DNA from: Shigella phage SFP20
Length of the DNA: 39,499 nt
Sequence record: OQ031076
Strand: one strand, 5' to 3'
Numbering within the stretch: position 1 is the stretch's first letter; each line of letters opens with the position of its first letter. A model generated the notes under the pieces. The model had not been told where the DNA came from. It saw only the letters and a list, made by a program, of their open reading frames with translations, and did not search any database. Positions 10,701 through 20,785 of this stretch are shown here, piece by piece. Made by a program: the position numbers and the translations under genes.

Positions 10701-11632
10701 ACATCGTGGAACACAGCCTGACCGGAAGCAAGCGTAAGTTTGATGACCGTTGGTTGAAGACCGCTGGTATCTCGGACGAACAGTGGAAGGGCATTAAGTC
10801 CCTCATCCGTGAGTCCGTGACCCGTGGTCCAGACGGGAAGTACACCATCAAGGACAAGAAGGCGTTTAGTCGGGACCCAAGGGCTATGGACCTCTGGCGT
10901 ATGGGTGATGCCATCGCTGACGAGACGCTGCTCCGTCCGCACAAGCTGAGCAACATGGATGCCAAGGCGTATGGACCTCTGGCGAAGACTGTCTTGCAGT
11001 TTAAGAACTTCGTCATCAAGTCCATCAACGGTCGAACCATGCGTACCTTCTACAACGCCACCAAGAACAACCGAGCGATGGACGCTGCACTGTCAACGGT
11101 CATGTCTATGGGTCTGGCTGGAATGTACTACATGGCTCAGGCGCACATCAAGGCTTACGCTATGCAGGACGGTCGTGACAGGGAGTATCTGAAACAAGCC
11201 CTTAACCCGACGATGATTGGCTATGCGGCTCTGTCCCGTAGCTCCCACTTGGGTGGGCCACTTGGGGTAGCCAACATTCTGGGTGGTATCGCTGGGTATG
11301 AGGACACTAAGATGCTCCGCTCGTCAATCCTTCCGCGCTCACCTACCGAGAAACCTGAACGTGCTATTACCTATGGCGCTGCAAAAAGTGACCAGGTGAT
11401 GAACGTGGTCGGTAACTTCCTTGAGCAGGTCCCGGCTTTCGGCTATGCTGCTAACGTTGGCGCTTCGGCTTACAACTTGGCTGGCTACCTGAAGGCTGAT
11501 ACCCGTGTGAATGAACGAGACTACATGACCGGGATGTATAACACTTTCCGCGAGCTGGTCCCTAACGACCCAATCACTCAGAAGCTGCTGTTAGGCACCT
11601 TTGAGGAGCAAGGCATTCACATCAAGGATTAA
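7736..11632 (+). CDS. 16: internal virion (core) protein D (gp16); N-terminal about 200 aa diverges from the T7 lytic-transglycosylase domain
   Basis: 1298 aa; long blocks shared with T7 gp16 (TGGSPQNL, GVIGAGVDPLTYVP, RLEARETARN, RSPTGMQSGASGK, GTYVPHVY, SRPEVKARVDE, ILTGRARR, FFAKNAYMGVQNLTEIGGM, DPRAMDLWR, TFYNATKNNRAMDAALS, ELVPNDP). Confidence 0.95.
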   Translation: MATRGIRNNNIGNIRVSKDQWEGATGDDGSFVTFDTPDSGVRALAKNLMSYGRQGYDSIEKIINRWAPPSENDTQSYIDSVVAATGIPATQSIDLTNPDVLASLSEAIGYHETGSRYDPEVYKLGVSRALSGAGGIAPKTPPVSANVFDALTEGLKAKPKVALGENLPGVTGMNIEGQEPEAPNESFGEMFYKSTGETLDQRADRSTWFGFGGAAEAEVKNSLVGVAVRAGQTEDSLDVIGDVFNPTRWNNHKWSREELDQIRNAGVLPQYYGVITGGSPQNLTELINLALENQKLDAEKAKAGTGAQLAAGVIGAGVDPLTYVPIAGQVGKGGKLVNKMFTVAAQSGALAGASEIARTSVAGGDAHVAEAIMGGALFGGGMTAIGDALGKVLGKSTNEFAGPATRLEARETARNVDGQDLSRLPIREGEETFSHQGVKFADVPNEPGSVRLEDGSILIGENPLNPKTRQVFDEVIEPERAAAGVNLGGLTEIGLKLLRSENPEIRGLAADLVRSPTGMQSGASGKIGTTASDVFERLRAVDHRFYNDIDDAVTEALKDPYFQTNFNRDTGAFRQDIYQRVALAIEDGSGNLKSELTPGELKVYDLLKNQFDAKREMMENPAMFGRVDAQSIFPGSRFKGTYVPHVYSNQMKELFIKELGSPEALQEAIKKSWLTSYASRPEVKARVDEALMEADPNLTPEGLAAAVDKYANDKAYGISHTDMFERSSVMEENINGLVGLENNNFLEARNLFDSDMSIILPNGQPFNVNSLREWDMDKIVPAYNRRVNGDIAIMAGTGKTTKEVKDAVETMMNRAGDDGKLKAEVSTLRDTLKILTGRARRDGADDAAFSTVMRTMTDLSFFAKNAYMGVQNLTEIGGMLARGNVRAMLHGIPMFRDLAFRNKKMGASEIKDLHNVVFGKELDDSIRPSKQDVIDRLRAYSDLSKPVATALGSAKYYTGELAVRSPFTKVLNGTTNYLLDAGRQGFLSDIVEHSLTGSKRKFDDRWLKTAGISDEQWKGIKSLIRESVTRGPDGKYTIKDKKAFSRDPRAMDLWRMGDAIADETLLRPHKLSNMDAKAYGPLAKTVLQFKNFVIKSINGRTMRTFYNATKNNRAMDAALSTVMSMGLAGMYYMAQAHIKAYAMQDGRDREYLKQALNPTMIGYAALSRSSHLGGPLGVANILGGIAGYEDTKMLRSSILPRSPTEKPERAITYGAAKSDQVMNVVGNFLEQVPAFGYAANVGASAYNLAGYLKADTRVNERDYMTGMYNTFRELVPNDPITQKLLLGTFEEQGIHIKD

Positions 11633-11650
11633 ACCCTCACTATAGGAAAC
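11628..11650 (+). promoter_or_regulatory. phage RNAP promoter (phi17 position), ATTAAACCCTCACTATAGGAAAC
   Basis: Promoter family match overlapping the gene 16 stop codon. Confidence 0.8.
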
Positions 11651-11688
11651 GGGGCGCTACCACAGGTCCCATTTAACTCAACACTTAA

Positions 11689-14196
<2,508 letters not shown>

Positions 14197-14242
14197 CAGA
14201 TAACTTTGGGTCAAGGACGACCCGTTTAACAATGGAGGTACT

Positions 14243-14437
14243 ATGATTGAGTTCGACTTCAAGAATGAGGTCCTCAAAGCCTCGCCTATCGTCGGGACCG
14301 CTGCGGCTGATGGTGCCAGTCGGTTCTTCTTTGGGTTAACACTCAACGAATGGTTCTACGTCGCTGCTATCGCGTATACCGTGGTTCAGATTGGCGTACT
14401 GATTTACAAGACGATTAAGAGCGGAGGTAAGACATGA
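14243..14437 (+). CDS. 17.5: holin (gp17.5)
   Basis: 64 aa; near-identical core to T7 gp17.5 (FFGLTLNEWFYVAAIAYTVVQIG). Confidence 0.92.
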   Translation: MIEFDFKNEVLKASPIVGTAAADGASRFFFGLTLNEWFYVAAIAYTVVQIGVLIYKTIKSGGKT

Positions 14438-14697
14438 CGCAGATGGACTTAGAGAAGTTCCTGTTAATGCTGGACACCGAACGTGCTCGACTCATGTTGC
14501 AAGACCTGCGGGATGACTCTAAGCGTTCGCCACAGCTTTACAACGCCATCGAGAAGCTGCTGGCTCGTCACAACTTTGTACTGAGCAAGGTGTCGGTGGA
14601 CGAGAAGCAACTGGCTGACATGGAGGCGCTGAACCGAGAGTACGACAAGGTGCTATCAGCGACCGAGGATAATGACACCGGGTATGGTGTTCAGTAA
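14434..14697 (+). CDS. 18: terminase small subunit (gp18)
   Basis: 87 aa; shares the RSPQLYNAIEKLLARH motif with T7 gp18; ATGA overlap with the holin stop. Confidence 0.9.
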   Translation: MTQMDLEKFLLMLDTERARLMLQDLRDDSKRSPQLYNAIEKLLARHNFVLSKVSVDEKQLADMEALNREYDKVLSATEDNDTGYGVQ

Positions 14698-14703
14698 GTG
14701 TTA

Positions 14704-14747
14704 GACTCAAGGTCATTACCACTATATGTAGTGGCCTTTATGATTAA
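14704..14747 (+). promoter_or_regulatory. putative RNase III processing stem-loop (R18.5 position)
   Basis: GACTCAAGGTCATTACCACTATATGTAGTGGCCTTTATGATTAAC: two-stem hairpin with conserved GACTCAAGG and GGCCTTTATGATTAAC flanks, repeated at other intergenic sites. Confidence 0.55.
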
Positions 14748-14801
14748 CACACACTACGAGCGGTGACGCTACGTGGATTCTGAGAAATGAGGAGGGCAAC
14801 T

Positions 14802-15251
14802 ATGCTCGAACTTTTACGTAAAGCAATCCCGTGGCTGGTTGCAGGACTCCTGTTCTGCTCTGGCTATTGGGTAGCTGATAATAAGTGGGAGGCGAAGGTA
14901 AACAATGAGTACATCACGAAACTTGAGGCACGAGAGAATCAACGGGCTGCTGTCCAAGGTGAAATCGACAAAGTGTCAGCAGAGTGGCAAGACAAGATGT
15001 CCGCGCTGGAAGGCTCTACTGATAGGATTATTGCTGACCTTAACCGCGATAACAAGCGGCTGCGCATCCGAGTCAAACCCACCAGTGGAACAGTCCAGAC
15101 TGACGGTCGATGCGTCATTGATGGTTACGCCGAACTTGACGAACGAGATGCTAAGCGTCTTATCGCCATCGGACTGAAAGGTGACGAATGGATTAAGGCC
15201 CTCCAGAAGACCGTGAGAGCCATGCAGCAAGAGAAGGAGGTGAAACCTTGA
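14802..15251 (+). CDS. 18.5: Rz-like i-spanin (gp18.5)
   Basis: [18 protein letters not shown]... closely matches T7 gp18.5 ([21 protein letters not shown]); start chosen at the ATG at 14802 behind RBS GAGGAGG (the track ORF begins at 14787). Confidence 0.88.
   Translation: MLELLRKAIPWLVAGLLFCSGYWVADNKWEAKVNNEYITKLEARENQRAAVQGEIDKVSAEWQDKMSALEGSTDRIIADLNRDNKRLRIRVKPTSGTVQTDGRCVIDGYAELDERDAKRLIAIGLKGDEWIKALQKTVRAMQQEKEVKP
14905..15177 (+). CDS. 18.7: Rz1-like o-spanin lipoprotein (gp18.7), embedded in the +1 frame of 18.5
   Basis: 90 aa; begins MST and contains a lipobox-like [12 protein letters not shown] matching T7 gp18.7 (ATISGCASES); entirely inside gene 18.5. Confidence 0.8.
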   Translation: MSTSRNLRHERINGLLSKVKSTKCQQSGKTRCPRWKALLIGLLLTLTAITSGCASESNPPVEQSRLTVDASLMVTPNLTNEMLSVLSPSD

Positions 15252-17011
15252 GTCAAGACTTAGCAGCGCGTCAGGCGCTTATGACTGCCCGTATGAAGGC
15301 AGACTTCGTGTTCTTCCTGTTCGTTCTGTGGAAAGCTCTGTCACTTCCTGTTCCGACTCGCTGTCAGATTGACATGGCGAAGAAGCTATCGGCTGGGGAC
15401 AACAGGCGCTTCATCTTGCAGGCGTTCCGTGGTATCGGGAAGTCCTTCATTACGTGTGCCTTCGTGGTCTGGAAGCTATGGAATAACCCGGACTTGAAGT
15501 TCATGATTGTGTCGGCCTCAAAGGAACGAGCCGATGCGAACTCAATCTTCATCAAGCGTATCATCGACCTCATGCCTCAGCTCCAAGAGTTGAAGCCTAA
15601 GCAGGGGCAGCGAGACGCAGTAATCAGCTTTGACGTAGGACCTGCCAAGCCTGACCACTCTCCTTCGGTTAAGTCCGTTGGTATCACTGGTCAGTTAACT
15701 GGTAGCCGTGCTGACATCCTGATTGCCGATGACGTAGAGGTCCCCGGTAACTCCGCTACTCAGGCAGCACGGGACCGACTGTCAGAGCTGGTGAAAGAGT
15801 TCGACGCAATCCTGAAGCCGGGTGGTACGGTTATCTATCTGGGTACTCCTCAGACCGAGATGACCTTGTATCGACAGCTTGAAGGTCGTGGTTACTCAAC
15901 TACCATCTGGCCTGCCCGCTACCCACGTGATGAGAAGGACTGGAAGTCTTACGGCGACCGTCTGGCCCCGATGCTTCAGGCCGAGCTTGAGTCCGACCCT
16001 GAGGGCTACTACTGGCTCCCTACCGATGAGGTTCGATTCGACGATGAGGACTTGAGGGAACGTGAGCTGTCTTACGGTAAGGCTGGCTTCGCTCTCCAGT
16101 TCATGCTCAACCCGAACCTTGGTGATGCCGAGAAATACCCGCTGAAGCTGCGTGACCTTATCGTAGCGGACTTGGACCCTGAGTCAAGCCCTATGGTCTA
16201 CCAGTGGCTCCCGAACCTTCAGAACAAGCGTGAGGACGTTCCTAACGTGGGACTCATGGGTGATTCCTACCACACGTATCAGACTGTAGGTTCTGCCTTC
16301 AGTTCGTACACCCAGAAGATTCTGGTCATTGACCCCAGTGGTCGTGGTAAGGATGAGACCGGGTATGCGGTACTGTATCAGCTCAACGGCTACATCTTCG
16401 TGATGGAAGCTGGTGGTATGCGCGGTGGCTATGAGGACTCTACGCTGGAGTCTCTGGCGAAGATTGGTCGCAAGTGGAAGATTAACGAGTACGTCATTGA
16501 GGGTAACTTCGGTGATGGTATGTATCTCGAACTCTTCAAGCCTGTGGCGGCTCGTATTCACCCGGCAGCAGTAACTGAGGTCAAGAGCAAGGGTCAGAAG
16601 GAACTACGCATCTGTGACGTTCTGGAGCCTATCATGGGGTCCCACAGACTCATCGTGAACTCCTCGACCATTGTGTCTGACTACCAGACTGCCGCTGACA
16701 AGGATGGCGTCCGTAACCCTATCTACTCCCTGTTCTACCAGATGACCCGTATCAGCCGTGAACGTGGGGCCTTGGCACACGATGACCGACTTGATGCTCT
16801 GGCTATCGGTGTACAGTTCTTCGTAGAGTCTATGGCTAAGGATGCCGTTAAGGGACAGCGTGAAGTCACCGAGGAGTGGCTGGAGGAACAGATGGAAGAC
16901 CCACGGAAAGGCTTTAAGTCCATCGAGACGGACTACTGGGACAATGGTGTCCGGGTCCAGTTCAATACAGATGATGACTTGGGCTTAGGGTCCTACGTAC
17001 AGTTCCACTAG
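15248..17011 (+). CDS. 19: terminase large subunit (gp19), apparent TTG start
   Basis: 587 aa; extensive identity to T7 gp19 ([134 protein letters not shown]). The track's first codon is TTG at 15248, preceded by RBS AAGGAGG. Confidence 0.95.
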   Translation: MSQDLAARQALMTARMKADFVFFLFVLWKALSLPVPTRCQIDMAKKLSAGDNRRFILQAFRGIGKSFITCAFVVWKLWNNPDLKFMIVSASKERADANSIFIKRIIDLMPQLQELKPKQGQRDAVISFDVGPAKPDHSPSVKSVGITGQLTGSRADILIADDVEVPGNSATQAARDRLSELVKEFDAILKPGGTVIYLGTPQTEMTLYRQLEGRGYSTTIWPARYPRDEKDWKSYGDRLAPMLQAELESDPEGYYWLPTDEVRFDDEDLRERELSYGKAGFALQFMLNPNLGDAEKYPLKLRDLIVADLDPESSPMVYQWLPNLQNKREDVPNVGLMGDSYHTYQTVGSAFSSYTQKILVIDPSGRGKDETGYAVLYQLNGYIFVMEAGGMRGGYEDSTLESLAKIGRKWKINEYVIEGNFGDGMYLELFKPVAARIHPAAVTEVKSKGQKELRICDVLEPIMGSHRLIVNSSTIVSDYQTAADKDGVRNPIYSLFYQMTRISRERGALAHDDRLDALAIGVQFFVESMAKDAVKGQREVTEEWLEEQMEDPRKGFKSIETDYWDNGVRVQFNTDDDLGLGSYVQFH

Positions 17012-17103
17012 CAGTTTGCATAAAGTACCGCTTTAGTTGCATGAATACGCACTATGTAAGTCGGTACATAACGCTCGTAACTCTATGTATTCCTTAGGAA
17101 AAT

Positions 17104-17126
17104 CTTATACCCTCACTATAGGAAAG
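17104..17126 (+). promoter_or_regulatory. phage RNAP promoter (phiOR position), CTTATACCCTCACTATAGGAAAG
   Basis: Promoter family match downstream of gene 19. Confidence 0.8.
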
Positions 17127-17301
17127 ACCCCCCGGTTACTTATAGTAAAGACTCAATGAATAATCATATGCACACTTTATGCAAGACCTTAGGAGGCAGA
17201 CTCCTGAGTTCTTACCTAAGGCTAGCACCGATGGAGAGGGTGATTGTAATCATCACACCCTCATAACTTAAGTAGACCCTAAGCGACAGGAGGTATGTAG
17301 C

Positions 17302-17460
17302 ATGGGTAAGACCAAAGCTGTTCTCAAAGCTCTGGCGATCAATAGAGCTACATACAGGTTTCTTGCTGCTGTTCTACTTGCTACTGGCGTTACTGCTGGA
17401 AGTCAGTGGGTCGGGTGGGTCGAGACTCTCGTATGTACTCTGGTGTCTGAGTGTAATTAA
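17302..17460 (+). CDS. 19.5: small hydrophobic protein (gene 19.5 position)
   Basis: 52 aa ORF (MGKTKAVLKALAINRATYRFLAAVLLATGVTAG...) with RBS GGAGG; below the 60-aa track cut-off; assigned by position. Confidence 0.55.
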   Translation: MGKTKAVLKALAINRATYRFLAAVLLATGVTAGSQWVGWVETLVCTLVSECN

Positions 17461-17492
17461 CGCCATCATGGTAACAATCAACGAAAGACGGA

Positions 17493-17534
17493 CCTAAGGT
17501 CAGTTCATAGCTGACGCTACTCTACTGACCTTAG
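17493..17534. repeat. perfect 10-bp inverted repeat (CTAAGGTCAG / CTGACCTTAG) with about 20-nt loop near the right genome end
   Basis: Read directly; no following T-tract, so not a typical terminator. Confidence 0.6.
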
Positions 17535-17697
17535 CTACTGTAGTCAAGGACTTTAGGTAACACCTTAAGAGAAGCTCACTTAGGGTCATCCTACTCACTG
17601 GTCTGCCCTAGTGTCGCCTGACCTACGGTCCTTGACCTACAGTGGCTGAGGCCTACAGTAGGGACGATGAGTTTTGGACCAAAAGTTTGAGACCACA

Positions 17698-17900
17698 TCT
17701 CACAGTTCAAGAACCTCAAGTCTCCCCATAGGCCCTCTTTCAGTCCAGACCAAAGGCCCTACCCCTAGACCTTCGGTCTAAACCTCAAGTCTTTGACCCG
17801 AAGTCGACCCGAAGTCTGGACCGATAGGGCCTATATCTTGTGGTTGGGACGATGGGTCGGGACTATATGTTGTGTCCTTGAGTCTCTATCTGTATCAGCC
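17698..17900. repeat. probable direct terminal repeat (collapsed to one copy) and physical genome end region
   Basis: TCTCACAGT at 17698-17706 matches the first bases of the T7 left end; CCTTGAGTCTCTATCTGTATC near 17875-17895 resembles the T7 TR end (CCTTGAGTGTCTCTCTGTGTCC). Boundaries approximate. Confidence 0.4.
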
Positions 17901-17905
17901 TCAAG

Positions 17906-18027
17906 TCATCACTACAGTCATCACTACAGTCATCACCTACAGTCAACCAGCCTACAGTCAATCCCTAAGTGATGGCCTACCTACAGTCACCAGACCTACA
18001 GTCAATAGACACCATGTCGACCTACAG
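17906..18027. repeat. array of short direct repeats ending in CCTACAGT (CATCACTACAGT x2, CATCACCTACAGT, and others)
   Basis: Tandem and dispersed ...CTACAGT units; positional analogue of the T7 left-end CCTAAAG repeat series. Similar units at 17620-17660 on the other side of the putative TR. Confidence 0.7.
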
Positions 18028-18241
18028 TTTATCAGAGTCCTAAGGTCTAGACTCACAGGTTATCACATCCGGTCCGTTTAGCAGTCAGAGACCATAGCTG
18101 ACTAGGGTTATTGTTGTTGGTGTCTGCCAACTGGACTCTTATTATCCATAGTCCAGACCTAAAGTCAATCACCTGTAGTCGATAATGGTCTTCCTTATAT
18201 AGTCACTGGACTACTGTATAAATTACCATGATAAATAGTTG

Positions 18242-18270
18242 TTGACAGTAGGTCTAACTTTTGGTTTAAT
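18242..18270 (+). promoter_or_regulatory. sigma70-type early promoter (A1-like): TTGACA, 17 bp, TTTAAT with upstream TG
   Basis: TTGACAGTAGGTCTAACTTTTGGTTTAAT; spacer contains GTCTAAC as in T7 A1. Confidence 0.6.
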
Positions 18271-18399
18271 AGCTTCCGTCAACACGACACGGCAACAACC
18301 GGATAGTGAAGACGCCGGGTCGGTCCGGTTAAGTAGTCAGCCTGTAAGACATACGAAAAACAGGCAACCGACAGCTAGGCGACTAGCGACAGAAAGTAG

Positions 18400-18429
18400 T
18401 TGACAAGATGTACCGACTTAAAGTAGTAT
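18400..18429 (+). promoter_or_regulatory. sigma70-type early promoter (A3-like): TTGACA, 18 bp, TAGTAT
   Basis: Downstream GTACCACATCGAAACGACAGTGAAG is nearly identical to the T7 A3 initial transcribed region (GTACCACATGAAACGACAGTGAG). Confidence 0.7.
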
Positions 18430-18554
18430 GTACCACATCGAAACGACAGTGAAGCCTAACACTGAAACAGGCTAGCGAGGCGACGACAGCCGAGCGAATG
18501 CTCTTTAACAATCTGGATAACTCTTAATGTGCGCCGATAATGCTAGTAAGCGAT

Positions 18555-18625
18555 TAACTCAAGAGACTTGTTGGCTACTGCGGGTCAGGCTCAAGATGAG
18601 CGCCTCAGGTCTCTTTCTGATAATC
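18555..18625 (+). promoter_or_regulatory. putative RNase III site upstream of gene 0.3 (R0.3 position)
   Basis: Preceded by CTCTTTAACAATCTGG, as in T7 upstream of R0.3; AACTCAAG ... TCTCTTTCTGATAATC flanks with internal inverted repeats (AGAGAC/GTCTCT). Confidence 0.5.
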
Positions 18626-18649
18626 ACTCACACTTAAAGGATACACATC

Positions 18650-19102
18650 ATGATTTACACTAACGAACCAGCCAACGTCTTCTATGTGCTCGTGTCTGCC
18701 GCTCGTGCTAACCTGTCTGATATGGCTAACATGGCCCGTCAGTTAGACCTTAAGGCACTGCTGCAAGCCGAACCTGAATACTACGGTGTGCTTGAATGCA
18801 CTGGGCTTACAGGCTGCTACCGCGAGGAGGGACAAGAGGTCGCCACTGAAGAGAGAACCTACCGTGTGCGCTGTGAGTCCAAGGCTCAAGCTATCAACGT
18901 TGCACGACTGGCCTGCAATGACTTTGAGCAAGACTGCGTGATGGTCTACAAGTCTCAGACTCACACGGCTGGACTGATGTTCTGCAAAGGCTTGGACGGG
19001 TTCAAGACCACACGTCTGAACGGGTCATTCCAGCAAGTCGATGCACCAAAGGGCGAATGCTTCACGAAAGACGCTGAAGGGCGCTTCTGGGAGGTGGTGT
19101 AA
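18650..19102 (+). CDS. 0.3: S-adenosylmethionine lyase/hydrolase (T3-type gene 0.3 anti-restriction protein)
   Basis: 150 aa; N-terminus MIYTNEPANVFYVLVSA... and motifs TGCYRE, VYKSQTHTAGL closely match my recollection of the T3 SAMase (about 152 aa); first early gene after the sigma70 promoters. Confidence 0.8.
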   Translation: MIYTNEPANVFYVLVSAARANLSDMANMARQLDLKALLQAEPEYYGVLECTGLTGCYREEGQEVATEERTYRVRCESKAQAINVARLACNDFEQDCVMVYKSQTHTAGLMFCKGLDGFKTTRLNGSFQQVDAPKGECFTKDAEGRFWEVV

Positions 19103-19103
19103 G

Positions 19104-19307
19104 ATGGTTAACTCATACCCTAATCACATCAAGCCATGGATAACGGTTGATATTGAGACCGTGGGCGACTCCAAGTTTGTGACCATACGGTCGAGCATAC
19201 ACGTTAACAAGGAGTTCAAACTTCCTCATAGCTATAGCCTGAGCTGGGGAGATTGGGAGATTCTACGGGATTCCGCTTTCCTCAAGTACGCCGGGAGGTT
19301 CTACTGA
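19104..19307 (+). CDS. hypothetical early protein
   Basis: 67 aa from the ATG at 19104 with RBS GGGAGGTGG; the track ORF 19041..19307 extends upstream into gene 0.3. Confidence 0.5.
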   Translation: MVNSYPNHIKPWITVDIETVGDSKFVTIRSSIHVNKEFKLPHSYSLSWGDWEILRDSAFLKYAGRFY

Positions 19308-19432
19308 TGTACACGATAAGCTACAGCAGTGAGCAAGCCTTCTATGACGGTCTAGTCGAGCTAATGAAGCGCGGGGCCTGCTACACGGCTAACCACCATG
19401 CGTTAACCATAACGCTGACAGGCGGGTACTGA
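19307..19432 (+). CDS. hypothetical small early protein (41 aa)
   Basis: ATG overlapping the upstream stop (TGATG); coding-like codon usage; below track cut-off. Confidence 0.3.
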   Translation: MYTISYSSEQAFYDGLVELMKRGACYTANHHALTITLTGGY

Positions 19433-19440
19433 GTGCCAGA

Positions 19441-19475
19441 CTACAGGTCATCCATGCGGGTGGCCTGACTGATTG
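19441..19475 (+). promoter_or_regulatory. putative RNase III stem-loop (R0.5 position)
   Basis: CAGGTCATCCATGCGGGTGGCCTGACTGATTG shares the AGGTCAT ... GTGGCCT ... TGATT pattern with the other candidate sites. Confidence 0.4.
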
Positions 19476-19505
19476 TCACTTAACCACAAGAAGGAAACAC
19501 ACGTA

Positions 19506-20240
19506 ATGAACGCACACGATAAAGTAATCATGAATAACCTGATGTCCCAGCTTCACGCTATCATCTGTCAGGCTGACTACAAGGTGGAGTCGCTGGGGTC
19601 TGGCATAGCTGCGCAAGACCGCTGGGGAGCCTTTGAGATACTGGCGAGGGAACATGGTTACAGGCTGTTAGGACTGGGACACTTCGCCGCTGCCTTTGAG
19701 CATGAGGACCTGCCGGGATATGCAATCAAGGTGGGCTTCAAGAAGGATGACTCAGGCGCTGCATATGCGGCCTTCTGCCGAGAGAATGAGGGTCTGGCTG
19801 GACTACCAATCATCCATCTGGTCAAGCGCTTCAGCAGGGCGTACATGGTGGCTATGGACAAGTACCGCTCACTGAATGACATCGGCGGGGGCTACTGCCG
19901 GGACGGTGAGACCTACGAGCAACGAGTCTTGAACGTGTCGTGGCGTGTAGTGAACGCAATAATAGACCAATGCGAGATGCCAGCCGCTGCACTGACTTGG
20001 TGGCTGGACAATGAGGCCCGACAAGAGTTTGCACACGTCGAGACCCAGTACATCAAGCAACTGGCGACCACAGCGCGTAAGATTCACACGTTCTTCTACG
20101 GTCTGGCGAGCTTCGACACTCACCGGGCAAACGTGATGGTCGATAACAACGGGCGCTTGATAATCACGGACCCGGTGTCTTGGACCTCAGCAGATCATCA
20201 AGACGACATGGCGAACAAGCTGAACGCAATAGCTGAATAG
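19506..20240 (+). CDS. 0.7: serine/threonine protein kinase (gene 0.7), kinase domain only
   Basis: Motifs shared with T7 gp0.7: GHFAAAFEH, IKVGFKKDDSGAAYAAFCR, ASFDTH, ITDPVS. 244 aa from the ATG at 19506 vs about 359 aa in T7; the basic C-terminal region is absent. Confidence 0.8.
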   Translation: MNAHDKVIMNNLMSQLHAIICQADYKVESLGSGIAAQDRWGAFEILAREHGYRLLGLGHFAAAFEHEDLPGYAIKVGFKKDDSGAAYAAFCRENEGLAGLPIIHLVKRFSRAYMVAMDKYRSLNDIGGGYCRDGETYEQRVLNVSWRVVNAIIDQCEMPAAALTWWLDNEARQEFAHVETQYIKQLATTARKIHTFFYGLASFDTHRANVMVDNNGRLIITDPVSWTSADHQDDMANKLNAIAE

Positions 20241-20309
20241 TGATAGACGAGAGGTCATCGAACGATAGGTGGCCTCAAAGATTATTACTTCAAACGATAG
20301 GTGAGAACT

Positions 20310-20507
20310 ATGATACCAATAGCACTGATAGTCATCGGCTATGGGCTGATACTCTGGGTCATCCTCCGGGACATCCAGAAGGCACGTAAAGTCTACAAAT
20401 TCAACTATGTGTCGCTCGGTCGCTGGACTGTGCGTCAACCAAACGGGCGCTTTATGCGTAACTTAGCGAATGTCTGGGACATCGCAACCTTAGGGAGCAA
20501 GCTATGA
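20310..20507 (+). CDS. hypothetical small membrane protein
   Basis: 65 aa with hydrophobic N-terminus (IPIALIVIGYGLILWVIL); ATG at 20310 within the track ORF 20301..20507. Confidence 0.5.
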   Translation: MIPIALIVIGYGLILWVILRDIQKARKVYKFNYVSLGRWTVRQPNGRFMRNLANVWDIATLGSKL

Positions 20508-20758
20508 GCTACAAACACAAGACCTCGCGTTACACCGTTCGTCAACAACAGGAGCGCGACCGGGTACTACAGGCAAGACTCCGGGCTGAGGGCCACAAGG
20601 CCGAGCTGATGTGTCTGGCATACGGTGGACGACCACGCACTGAAGATGGTAAACTTCTGGTCTCAGGCTGGAGGGCGATAGACCAGCGGTCAGCCATCCG
20701 TCACACGACTAAAGGCGACTTCAGTCACCTCCACGCTAACCCTTTGATATGCAAGTGA
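20504..20758 (+). CDS. hypothetical early protein
   Basis: 84 aa ORF with ATGA overlap with the upstream ORF; basic N-terminus. Confidence 0.45.
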   Translation: MSYKHKTSRYTVRQQQERDRVLQARLRAEGHKAELMCLAYGGRPRTEDGKLLVSGWRAIDQRSAIRHTTKGDFSHLHANPLICK

Positions 20759-20762
20759 TTTG

Positions 20763-20785
20763 AATATACCCTCACTAGAGGACTC
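20763..20785 (+). promoter_or_regulatory. variant phage-promoter-like element (CCCTCACTAGAGG) upstream of gene 1
   Basis: AATATACCCTCACTAGAGGACTC: one mismatch (TAGA for TATA) to the family consensus; followed by the GACTCAAGG motif. Confidence 0.4.

Noticed and set aside
17906-18027. Possible CRISPR array suggested by the regularly spaced CTACAGT repeats
   Set aside because: Units are about 8-13 bp, degenerate and contiguous without spacers of CRISPR length; location and form match T7-type terminal-region repeats instead.
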